Source of the DNA: a bacterium
Lineage (GTDB): Bacteria > Patescibacteriota > Minisyncoccia > Phycocordibacterales > UBA9973
Length of the DNA: 64,000 nt
Assembly: GCA_037130655.1 (NCBI GenBank)
Contig: JBAXSP010000002.1
Span: 13,125 to 77,124 of the forward strand
Direction: 5' to 3'
The position numbers were made by a program, and so were the translations under genes. The notes beneath the pieces were generated by a model. That model was given only the letters and a program-made list of their open reading frames with translations. It did not search any database and was not told where the DNA came from. Numbering within the stretch: position 1 is the first letter of the stretch; the number at the start of each line of letters is the position of its first letter. Below, piece after piece: positions 57,582 to 64,000 of the stretch.

Positions 57582-58175
57582 TTATTTCTTCTTTTTCGCT
57601 ACAACTTTCTTTGTTGCAACTTTTTTAGCTGGAGCCTTTACTTCTTTCTTAGCTGGAGCTTTTGCTACAACTTTCGCAACTGTCTTAGATTCCACAACTT
57701 TTGCCACTGGAGCTTTTGTTGCAACTGTAACAGGTTTTGGTTGAGACATTTTTTCAATTGCACTGATCAAACGATCAAGCTTTGTACTGATTTCTGACAA
57801 TGCTTTTTTTGTATCACCGTTATCTGATGCAGGTTTTGCAAAAGATGGTCGTTGTTCGAAATTTGTATTTGATGTACGTTTTTCAAATTTGTTACCAAAA
57901 TCTCTTTTTGGTCCACGGTCACCACCTTGTCCTCCTTCTCTTTTTGCACCGAAACAATCGTTACAAAAAACTGGTTTGTCGCCATTTGGACGAAATGGAA
58001 CTTCACAAGTTTTACCACATTCACTACAAGTAGCTTTGTGCATCATTGTGTCTCGATCACCTCCGCGATCTCCACCGCGATTTCCTCCGAAACCTTTATT
58101 TCCAAAACTTGGACGACCACCACGGTCACCACCTCTAAATCCTCCTTCTCTTTTACCTCCTTGGAAATTTCCCAT
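57582..58175 (-). CDS. nucleic-acid-binding protein: RGG/RGD-rich N-terminus, CxxC...CxxC zinc ribbon, histone-H1-like Lys/Ala-rich tail
   Basis: GGFRGGDRGGRP repeats; CSECGKTCEVPFRPNGDKPVFCNDCF; C-terminal KAPAKKEVKAPAKKVATKKVVAKKKK. Confidence 0.6.
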   Translation of the reverse strand: MGNFQGGKREGGFRGGDRGGRPSFGNKGFGGNRGGDRGGDRDTMMHKATCSECGKTCEVPFRPNGDKPVFCNDCFGAKREGGQGGDRGPKRDFGNKFEKRTSNTNFEQRPSFAKPASDNGDTKKALSEISTKLDRLISAIEKMSQPKPVTVATKAPVAKVVESKTVAKVVAKAPAKKEVKAPAKKVATKKVVAKKKK

Positions 58176-58267
58176 ATATATTAGTTAACTTTTTTATAAA
58201 ATAGAAATTACTCAAATGCGTAAGTTCTATAAATTAAACCGCTTCGCTAGCGGTTTAATTGAGCCTA

Positions 58268-58531
58268 TTATGAAAGGTGTTTTGAAACGAGCTTTGTCAT
58301 TTCAAACATACTTACTTCAGCTTTTCCACCAAACACTTTTTTCAAATTTTCATCAGCAAGAATGTTACGCTTGTTTGTTGGGTTTTGTAAATCGTGCTTT
58401 TTAATGTACACCCAGATTGCTTTGACTACTTCTGAACGAGGCATTGGACCTTTTCCAACAACTGCCGCCAATTCATCACTGATAGTCATAGGTTTCATAA
58501 ATGCAGAGTTAACCTTTTTTTCTATTGCCAT
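58268..58531 (-). CDS. SWIB/MDM2 domain protein
   Basis: 87 aa; ISDELAAVVGKGPMPRSEVVKAIWVYIKKHDLQNPTNKRNILADENLKKVFG matches the SWIB/MDM2 fold consensus. Confidence 0.8.
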   Translation of the reverse strand: MAIEKKVNSAFMKPMTISDELAAVVGKGPMPRSEVVKAIWVYIKKHDLQNPTNKRNILADENLKKVFGGKAEVSMFEMTKLVSKHLS

Positions 58532-58684
58532 AATTTTTTTTAAATATATCTCTTTCCCCTTTAGAAAGAGGTTCTAGATACGATTACATTATAATAGCAT
58601 TGATTATACCACAGATAGACACATAATGACTAGTCTTTCTATCGAGGATTATATAAAAAGATACTTTTGCGATATACTACAGAA

Positions 58685-58924
58685 ATGGAAGATGAAGACG
58701 AAATAATCATAACAAAAGATGCGCACGGCACTATTTTGGCCGATGGTGACAGTGTGACCATTATCAAAGACCTCAAAGTCAAAGGAAGTTCTCTTGTTCT
58801 CAAACAAGGAACCAAGATCAAAAACATCAAATTGACCGATGATGAAGCATTGATCGAGTGTAATGCAGATGGCATCAAAGGACTTGTCCTTCGAACTGAA
58901 TTTTTGAAAAAATTAAACCAATAA
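58685..58924 (+). CDS. PhnA-like C-terminal domain protein
   Basis: DGDSVTIIKDLKVKGSSLVLKQGTKIKNIKL resembles the PhnA/YjdC C-terminal domain. Start at MEDEDE, 6 nt after TATACT. Confidence 0.55.
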   Translation: MEDEDEIIITKDAHGTILADGDSVTIIKDLKVKGSSLVLKQGTKIKNIKLTDDEALIECNADGIKGLVLRTEFLKKLNQ

Positions 58925-58952
58925 AAAACCGCACATCGTGCGGTTTTTTATA

Positions 58953-59375
58953 TTAGTGAGCTCCTCCGTGACCAAAATCTTCATCTTCAGTATCCGCAAT
59001 TGCATCAGCTTTTGTTTGATGCAATCGTCCGTCGATATGGTTTGGTGGTGTGTATATAGTGTAGAGGCTCATTGGTACATCACCGGTATTTACGAGATTG
59101 TGTTCTACTCCAGCTGGCACTACTACTGAAATACCATCTGCAAGTTCGTATTCTTTGCCGTCGATATGAGCAGTACCTGTTCCTGATTCAATACGGAAAA
59201 ATTGATCAACGTTTGGATGCACTTCAACGCCGATATCTTCCCCTGGAAGCAATGTCATCAAAACTACTTGTAAAAATTGACTGGTGTATACCACTTTTCT
59301 AAAAGCAGTATTTTCCAATGTGTCATGTTCAATATTTGCGTGATATGGTGTTTTCATAGGTATAGTATATAGCAA
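58953..59375 (-). CDS. cupin domain protein
   Basis: Cupin 2 motifs G(X)5HXH-like (PGEDIGVEVH) and a second motif (PAGVEHN). Confidence 0.7.
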   Translation of the reverse strand: MLYTIPMKTPYHANIEHDTLENTAFRKVVYTSQFLQVVLMTLLPGEDIGVEVHPNVDQFFRIESGTGTAHIDGKEYELADGISVVVPAGVEHNLVNTGDVPMSLYTIYTPPNHIDGRLHQTKADAIADTEDEDFGHGGAH

Positions 59376-59381
59376 AAATGA

Positions 59382-59846
59382 TTACTTATCCAATTGAGCA
59401 ATATACTCAAAATGTGTTTTTGATACAGGGCCAACAGAAAGTCTACTACCAGTTTGGGTGACAAAAATTCCTGCAAGCTTCGGATCAATTTTGATATCAG
59501 TCAGCGTTACCGGCGCTTTGAATTTTTTGACAAATGCCATGTCCACACAATACCAGATTGGTTTTTCTTTGGTGGCTTTGGGTTCATAGTGCTGGTCTTT
59601 TTTGTCGAACTGACTTTCATCAGGATGTGCCTTACTTGCAACTTTTGCAATACCATACACACCAGTCGGATGTACTTTGTCACCGTTTGAATGATAGAAC
59701 AACACCAAATCTCCGACACTCATACCATTTGTCATAAAATTGCGCGCTTGATAATTGCGTACACCAACCCAAGCAGTCTTTTTGTCTTGTTTCAGATCGT
59801 CAATCGAATAACAACTCGCTTCTGATTTTATCAGCCAATAGTTCAT
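59382..59846 (-). CDS. EVE (PUA-like) domain protein
   Basis: MNYWLIKSE...WVGVRNYQARNFM...GDLVLFYHS is typical of the EVE domain. Confidence 0.75.
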   Translation of the reverse strand: MNYWLIKSEASCYSIDDLKQDKKTAWVGVRNYQARNFMTNGMSVGDLVLFYHSNGDKVHPTGVYGIAKVASKAHPDESQFDKKDQHYEPKATKEKPIWYCVDMAFVKKFKAPVTLTDIKIDPKLAGIFVTQTGSRLSVGPVSKTHFEYIAQLDK

Positions 59847-59859
59847 ATGCTGTATGATA

Positions 59860-59929
59860 GCGCAAAAATATAAAGAGCGGAAATTCCCTAGGGAATTTCC
59901 GCTCTTTATATTTTTGCGCTTACGCGCGT
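59860..59929. terminator. 70-nt perfect palindrome centred on CCCTAGGG (bidirectional terminator-like)
   Basis: gcgcaaaaatataaagagcggaaattcc-ctag-ggaatttccgctctttatatttttgcgc between csp and the EVE gene. Confidence 0.7.
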
Positions 59930-60117
59930 GCTACGTTTACAGCAGATGGGCCTTTGTCGCCTTGTACTACTTCAAAAGTAACTTCATCTCCTTCACGCAA
60001 ATCTTCGAATGTTACTCCACTCAATTCTTTTGAGTGAAAAAACAAATCTTTTGTTTCGCCTTCACGAGTGATGAATCCGAATCCTTGCTCTTTAAGAGTT
60101 TTGATTGTTCCTTTCAT
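59920..60117 (-). CDS. cspA: cold-shock protein (CspA family)
   Basis: 65 aa; KGFGFI RNP1 and FFHS RNP2 motifs. Confidence 0.9.
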   Translation of the reverse strand: MKGTIKTLKEQGFGFITREGETKDLFFHSKELSGVTFEDLREGDEVTFEVVQGDKGPSAVNVARA

Positions 60118-60216
60118 ATACTATGATTTTGACTATTCTTCTTCTAGAGCTTCGACGTTCCCTTGTATCCTACATACCCAAGAACCATAGCACACTACCG
60201 GGTATTGTCCTATTTT

Positions 60217-60783
60217 CTATGCGAACAATTCATCAATCAATTCAGGTAGGTGCTTTTTCTGTGTTGTTGAAAACGGAATCACGCGATGTTCTCGAGTAAT
60301 CTTTTTGATTGCATTCATACTCTTTTGATATTGTGATTGGTTCATCTTGTCTATCTTATTGGCGACGATTACGAAGTTTTTGCCGTGATGTTGTAATTCT
60401 TCAAACATCCCAATATCTTTGGCAGTCATACCAACTTCGGCATCTATCACAAGCACCACTCTTTTTTGATTACTCCACGGAGAAAACAAAACGGTTTCGA
60501 TTAATTCTTCAATCAATGCACGCCCTCGTCCCGAAGCGCGCGCAAATCCATACCCCGGAAGGTCAATCAAATAAAATTCATTATTCACCAAAAAAATATT
60601 GGCTTCTTGTGTACGTCCAGGAAATGAACTCGTGCGAGAAATTTTGGTATTGGTCAGCGTGTTGATGAGACTTGATTTACCCACATTCGAACGCCCAATA
60701 AAGGCAATTTGGTCTTTGCCGTCCATGAGCACCTCGTCTTGCCCCACCGCGCCTTTGATGAATTTGACTGACTTTATAATCAT
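60217..60783 (-). CDS. engB: ribosome biogenesis GTPase EngB (YsxC/YihA)
   Basis: G1 [13 protein letters not shown]3 DLPGYG and G4 NKID. Confidence 0.85.
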   Translation of the reverse strand: MIIKSVKFIKGAVGQDEVLMDGKDQIAFIGRSNVGKSSLINTLTNTKISRTSSFPGRTQEANIFLVNNEFYLIDLPGYGFARASGRGRALIEELIETVLFSPWSNQKRVVLVIDAEVGMTAKDIGMFEELQHHGKNFVIVANKIDKMNQSQYQKSMNAIKKITREHRVIPFSTTQKKHLPELIDELFA

Positions 60784-60880
60784 ATGTACCTATACTAGCA
60801 GAAAATCACTTTTTCTGCGATTATCGAACACAAAGCAAAACACTCCTTTCGGAGTGTTTTCGGCTTACGCGATTGTGTGC

Positions 60881-61042
60881 TTATGCAGCAATTTCTTCAG
60901 TTGCTGTTTCTTCTACAGTTTCTGTAGCTTCTGCATCAACTGGAGTTGCTTCTTCTTCAGCAACAGGAGCCATAGTAGCTGCTGTTGTTTCTTCTGTAGT
61001 TACTACTTCTTCTGCAGTAACATCTTTGATTTCGTCTGACAT
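60881..61042 (-). CDS. small, highly acidic low-complexity protein (53 aa), not in ORF track
   Basis: Manual translation: MSDEIKDVTAEEVVTTEETTAATMAPVAEEEATPVDAEATETVEETATEEIAA. Followed by the hairpin cactcctttcggagtg. Confidence 0.3.
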   Translation of the reverse strand: MSDEIKDVTAEEVVTTEETTAATMAPVAEEEATPVDAEATETVEETATEEIAA

Positions 61043-61111
61043 ATATTTTTTCTTTTAGAGATGATAAAAACGACTAAAGCGAGTATATACTATCTGACTG
61101 ACAATCCCTAA

Positions 61112-61609
61112 TTAATTCGCTGACACGATTGCATCTGCAATTTGATCTGGATTAAAAGCAACGCGTTCTGCTTTACAAGCTGATTGCTGTGGCTCATCAT
61201 AGTTTGCACATTGTGTTGCACGAAGAATAAAAGAAAGTTTTTTTACACCTGCTTCAAATTTCGTTGTGTAAGTATATGTCGTATAGACACTACCTGCAGC
61301 ACCTTCGCTTTCAATCGTGACACAGTAGATTTTTCCATTAATCTCTTTTTGTTCGGTCATTCCATTAACCTTGATTTCACTTCCTCCTATTGGACAAGTA
61401 AATGGTGTGGCACTAGTTGTTACTTTTGGTGGCCATACATCAGGACTACTGATATATATGGTAGAAAGTTTGTCTGTATTTGAAACAACAGGTGCAACAG
61501 GAACAACGGTAGTATCTATTTCTTTTCTATTGCTTGGAAAAAAATATATTCCAAGTATCACCACAAGCACCGCCAATCCGACTATTATCATCGATTTTTT
61601 ATTATTCAT
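61112..61609 (-). CDS. membrane-anchored secreted hypothetical protein
   Basis: N-terminal TM, then a beta-rich domain with Cys residues. Confidence 0.5.
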   Translation of the reverse strand: MNNKKSMIIVGLAVLVVILGIYFFPSNRKEIDTTVVPVAPVVSNTDKLSTIYISSPDVWPPKVTTSATPFTCPIGGSEIKVNGMTEQKEINGKIYCVTIESEGAAGSVYTTYTYTTKFEAGVKKLSFILRATQCANYDEPQQSACKAERVAFNPDQIADAIVSAN

Positions 61610-61633
61610 ATATTGCTGTTTATTTGCTGATAA

Positions 61634-62362
61634 TTATTTTGAAAGCTTTACGATATTTGATATCACTACTTCTTGTTCATTTCTTTCGTACATAAAACGA
61701 GCACTGCTTTGAATATGCCCATCTTCGTATGTCATAGTTCCGGTTTTTGTTTGTGGATCAATGTGTACATTTGTCACATACCAATTGCCACCAAGCACCG
61801 CTTTTCCAACTGCAAGTGTTTTGATGTTTGTACGAATATATTGCTCGACAATCAATCGATCATCCACATCAGCACAAGCAACATCACTCATCGGTACTCC
61901 ATATGTTGCTTTGGTTGCGTCTTTGTAGACATACGCACCGGTTGCATCAGGAATCATTTCTCCGAACAATGCTTGTGCTGTTCCCTCACCAAAGACAATC
62001 TTTAATTGCTCTTTTGATTGCATTCCCTCTGCCATTACGTTCCACCACACATCTGCGGTACGAGCCATAGCAACTTGATCTACTGTGCCGACCGTCCCTT
62101 CAAACTCACCAGTCTTACGGTCTTTTTCTGCTGGTACATAACGAAATTCTCCAGTCACTTTTCCTTTCAATAAACTCATCTTGAGCAGCGAAACATCATA
62201 CAATCCGCGACTTGTTTTTGTTTCCGAATAGAAACACAAATCAATCGGTGTTTCTGGTACTACTACGACCGGTTGTTCAACAACGACTTCTTTTTTATTA
62301 GCAAATCGAATAATAATTATAATAATGAGAATCCCAAAAATAACCCATAGTGCTTTTTTCAT
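61634..62362 (-). CDS. membrane-anchored secreted hypothetical protein
   Basis: N-terminal TM; 242 aa. Confidence 0.5.
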   Translation of the reverse strand: MKKALWVIFGILIIIIIIRFANKKEVVVEQPVVVVPETPIDLCFYSETKTSRGLYDVSLLKMSLLKGKVTGEFRYVPAEKDRKTGEFEGTVGTVDQVAMARTADVWWNVMAEGMQSKEQLKIVFGEGTAQALFGEMIPDATGAYVYKDATKATYGVPMSDVACADVDDRLIVEQYIRTNIKTLAVGKAVLGGNWYVTNVHIDPQTKTGTMTYEDGHIQSSARFMYERNEQEVVISNIVKLSK

Positions 62363-62442
62363 ACACTTATACTATAGCATTAATCGATACACTATATTTT
62401 CAAATTAAAAAACACTTCATCTCGAAGTGTTTTTTTGTTTGA

Positions 62443-63102
62443 TTAGTTGAGTGTAATACTTTCGATAATCACCGGATCAAGTGGTTTGTCACTACTATCA
62501 GTTTTTGTGTTATTGATTGCAGTTACCACGTCCATTCCTTTTGTTACTTTCCCAAACACGGTATGTTTTGTATCTAGGAAATTGTTTGGTGCAACGTTGA
62601 TGAAAAACTGACTACCGTTTGTATTTGGCCCAGCGTTTGCCATCGCGATTGTGCCGACATCATTATGATTTGTACTAGTTATCTCATCAGCGAATTCATA
62701 TCCCGGACCACCAGTTCCCCACATCATTTTCTTTGAATCATCTTTTGAAAGCGGGTCGCCACCTTGATTCATGAAGCCCTTGATCACACGATGAAATTTT
62801 GTTTCATTATAAAATCCTGCTTGTGCGAGCTTGGTGAAATTTTCTACCGTCTTTGGTGTTGCAGTAGAAAATTCGATCGTGATATCTCCTTTGTTTGTAT
62901 GTAATGTTGCGTGTGTCATCTTTTTTGTATTATTAGTGCTTGGTAAAGTTGTTGTTGCTGTAGATATATTAGTGTCAGTTGATGTGGCTGTTTGATTGTA
63001 ATAATCAGTATTTTTTGTTTCCTCATGATTACCTGCAATCAATGCGTATCCACCAACAATAACTACGATAATAATTCCTATTGCTATCAATATATTCTTC
63101 AT
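62443..63102 (-). CDS. ppiB: peptidyl-prolyl cis-trans isomerase, cyclophilin type, membrane-anchored
   Basis: HRVIKGFMNQGGDP and MANAGPNTNGSQFFI cyclophilin signatures after an N-terminal TM and a Thr/Ser-rich linker. Confidence 0.85.
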   Translation of the reverse strand: MKNILIAIGIIIVVIVGGYALIAGNHEETKNTDYYNQTATSTDTNISTATTTLPSTNNTKKMTHATLHTNKGDITIEFSTATPKTVENFTKLAQAGFYNETKFHRVIKGFMNQGGDPLSKDDSKKMMWGTGGPGYEFADEITSTNHNDVGTIAMANAGPNTNGSQFFINVAPNNFLDTKHTVFGKVTKGMDVVTAINNTKTDSSDKPLDPVIIESITLN

Positions 63103-63126
63103 GCAGATAGTATAGCAAATCGGTAG

Positions 63127-63357
63127 TTATTTTTTCAAACGTTGTACCGTATAAACATACAAACCTTCGACTTTCTCTCGTGCCCACGGCGTTTTGCGCA
63201 AGAAGACGAGAGATGACTTGATACTTGGATCACTAACAAAACAATTGATACGAATTCGTCTACCCAACTCTTCCCATCCATAATGCTCCACCAAAAAGGT
63301 CAAAATCGCCTCGAGTGTTTTATTGTGCAATATATTATTTTCATTACCAGTATTCAT
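63127..63357 (-). CDS. small conserved hypothetical protein (DUF2132/VF530-like?)
   Basis: 76 aa; [19 protein letters not shown]...[12 protein letters not shown] pattern. Confidence 0.45.
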   Translation of the reverse strand: MNTGNENNILHNKTLEAILTFLVEHYGWEELGRRIRINCFVSDPSIKSSLVFLRKTPWAREKVEGLYVYTVQRLKK

Positions 63358-63429
63358 TCCGACTATTCTAACATTTTTCCAGAAAATAATTACAAATAAA
63401 AAAGCCTCCGTATTCTCGGAGGCTTTGAG

Positions 63430-63744
63430 CTAAAATTCCACTATAGGCAGTCTAAAATATGTTCTATTTGTTTTTTGATATAAAAAACGAAAAATACTGA
63501 TTGTCACCATCAAAACGACAGTGAGCTTGATTGCAAACAAAGAGTACCCGTTTTCTTTCGAATAAACATCGAACATGTTCATAATTCTTGTATTCATAAA
63601 AGCAAGAATCGATACGGTCAACAGCAATGAACTAAGGAGAATAGCGAAACCTGTCAAAAAAATCCTTACTCGTTTTTCAGGTGAATCAACTATTACGGCA
63701 AACATGCCAAATAGTAGACCAAAGAACAAAAGTACATATTCCAT
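63430..63744 (-). CDS. small membrane protein, hypothetical
   Basis: 104 aa, 3 TM. Confidence 0.45.
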   Translation of the reverse strand: MEYVLLFFGLLFGMFAVIVDSPEKRVRIFLTGFAILLSSLLLTVSILAFMNTRIMNMFDVYSKENGYSLFAIKLTVVLMVTISIFRFLYQKTNRTYFRLPIVEF

Positions 63745-63811
63745 CTATATATTTTTTAATAAACCGTTTATACTATACAGTATTATATAAAATATGTCAA
63801 AGTACTGCCGT

Positions 63812-64000
63812 TTAATACAAACAGAGCTGTTTCCTTCGCTCTTTGTAGTCTGGAATCTGCTCCGCTACCAATGCCCAAAACTTCGGCCCGTGATTCATCT
63901 GTGCCAAATGACAAAGTTCATGGACGATCAGATAGTCCGCAAGCTCACTCGGCAAAAAGACGATTTTGTAATTGAAATTCAGGTTCTTCTTTCCTGAGCA
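63812..64000 (-). CDS. YgjP-like metal-dependent hydrolase (DUF45/M48-like HExxH), C-terminal part only
   Basis: Minus-strand translation ...LADYLIVHELCHLAQMNHGPKFWALVAEQIPDYKERRKQLCLY*. The N-terminus lies beyond the window. Confidence 0.65.
   Translation of the reverse strand, partial: CSGKKNLNFNYKIVFLPSELADYLIVHELCHLAQMNHGPKFWALVAEQIPDYKERRKQLCLY

Noticed and set aside
57889-58188. Plus-strand ORFs of 99 and 85 aa rich in Pro, Ser and Thr
   Set aside because: Antisense reading of the RGG/Lys-rich gene; low-complexity artefact.
60599-61058. Plus-strand ORFs of 146 and 61 aa (Cys/Phe/Ser-rich)
   Set aside because: They overlap the engB start and the acidic small ORF in antisense. The composition is implausible for a protein in this genome.
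63794-63997. 67-aa plus-strand ORF at the window end
   Set aside because: The minus strand encodes a clear YgjP/DUF45-type HExxH hydrolase fragment (HELCHLAQMNHGPKFW); the plus ORF is its antisense.
1-64000. Alternative genetic code (UGA recoding) typical of some streamlined lineages
   Set aside because: All housekeeping genes are full-length, uninterrupted ORFs under the standard code. No in-frame TGA splits conserved domains.

Overview
The window is an AT-rich (roughly 35% GC) stretch of a streamlined bacterial chromosome. It carries about 80 protein genes, most on the minus strand, and two tRNA genes. I see no rRNA, CRISPR array, or intact IS or prophage. Under the standard code the long ORFs are intact, with no sign of TGA recoding.

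Most of the content is housekeeping:
- Six aminoacyl-tRNA synthetases (cysS, trpS, an archaeal-type aspS/asnS, gltX, lysS), release factor 1, greA, and ribosomal proteins L21, L27, L9, L31 and L25.
- Replication and recombination genes: dnaB, recR, rmuC, scpAB and a Pif1-like helicase.
- A dcw cell-division cluster split into two loci (mraZ-rsmH-ftsL-ftsI, and mraY-ftsW-murG), plus a second class-B PBP.
- A compact glycolysis and pentose-phosphate island: gap, rpiB, rpe, a split transketolase with a DUF1653 gene between its halves, a PfkB kinase, class II fba and an FAD-linked oxidase.

The observations I would look at first:
- Shine-Dalgarno sequences are essentially absent. Start codons sit 6-11 nt downstream of extended -10 boxes (TGnTATAAT or TGnTATACT), which points to leaderless mRNAs.
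- A conserved leader of about 70 nt with a covarying stem is shared by two unrelated small envelope-protein genes.
- A duplicated upstream module (terminator, then the palindrome ATTCGCGCGAAT, then tandem -10 boxes) sits in front of the fba and FAD-oxidase genes.
- A family of CTAG-rich nested palindromic intergenic elements recurs across the window.
- Two long perfect hairpins lie 3' of gltX.
- An AT-rich island holds three tandem paralogous small proteins with duplicated terminators.
- A protein with an RGG box, a zinc ribbon and a histone-H1-like tail sits next to a SWIB/MDM2-domain protein.
- A secreted protein ends in a C-terminal sorting domain that looks like the T9SS type.
- A probable ~290-nt ncRNA is bounded by a promoter and a terminator.
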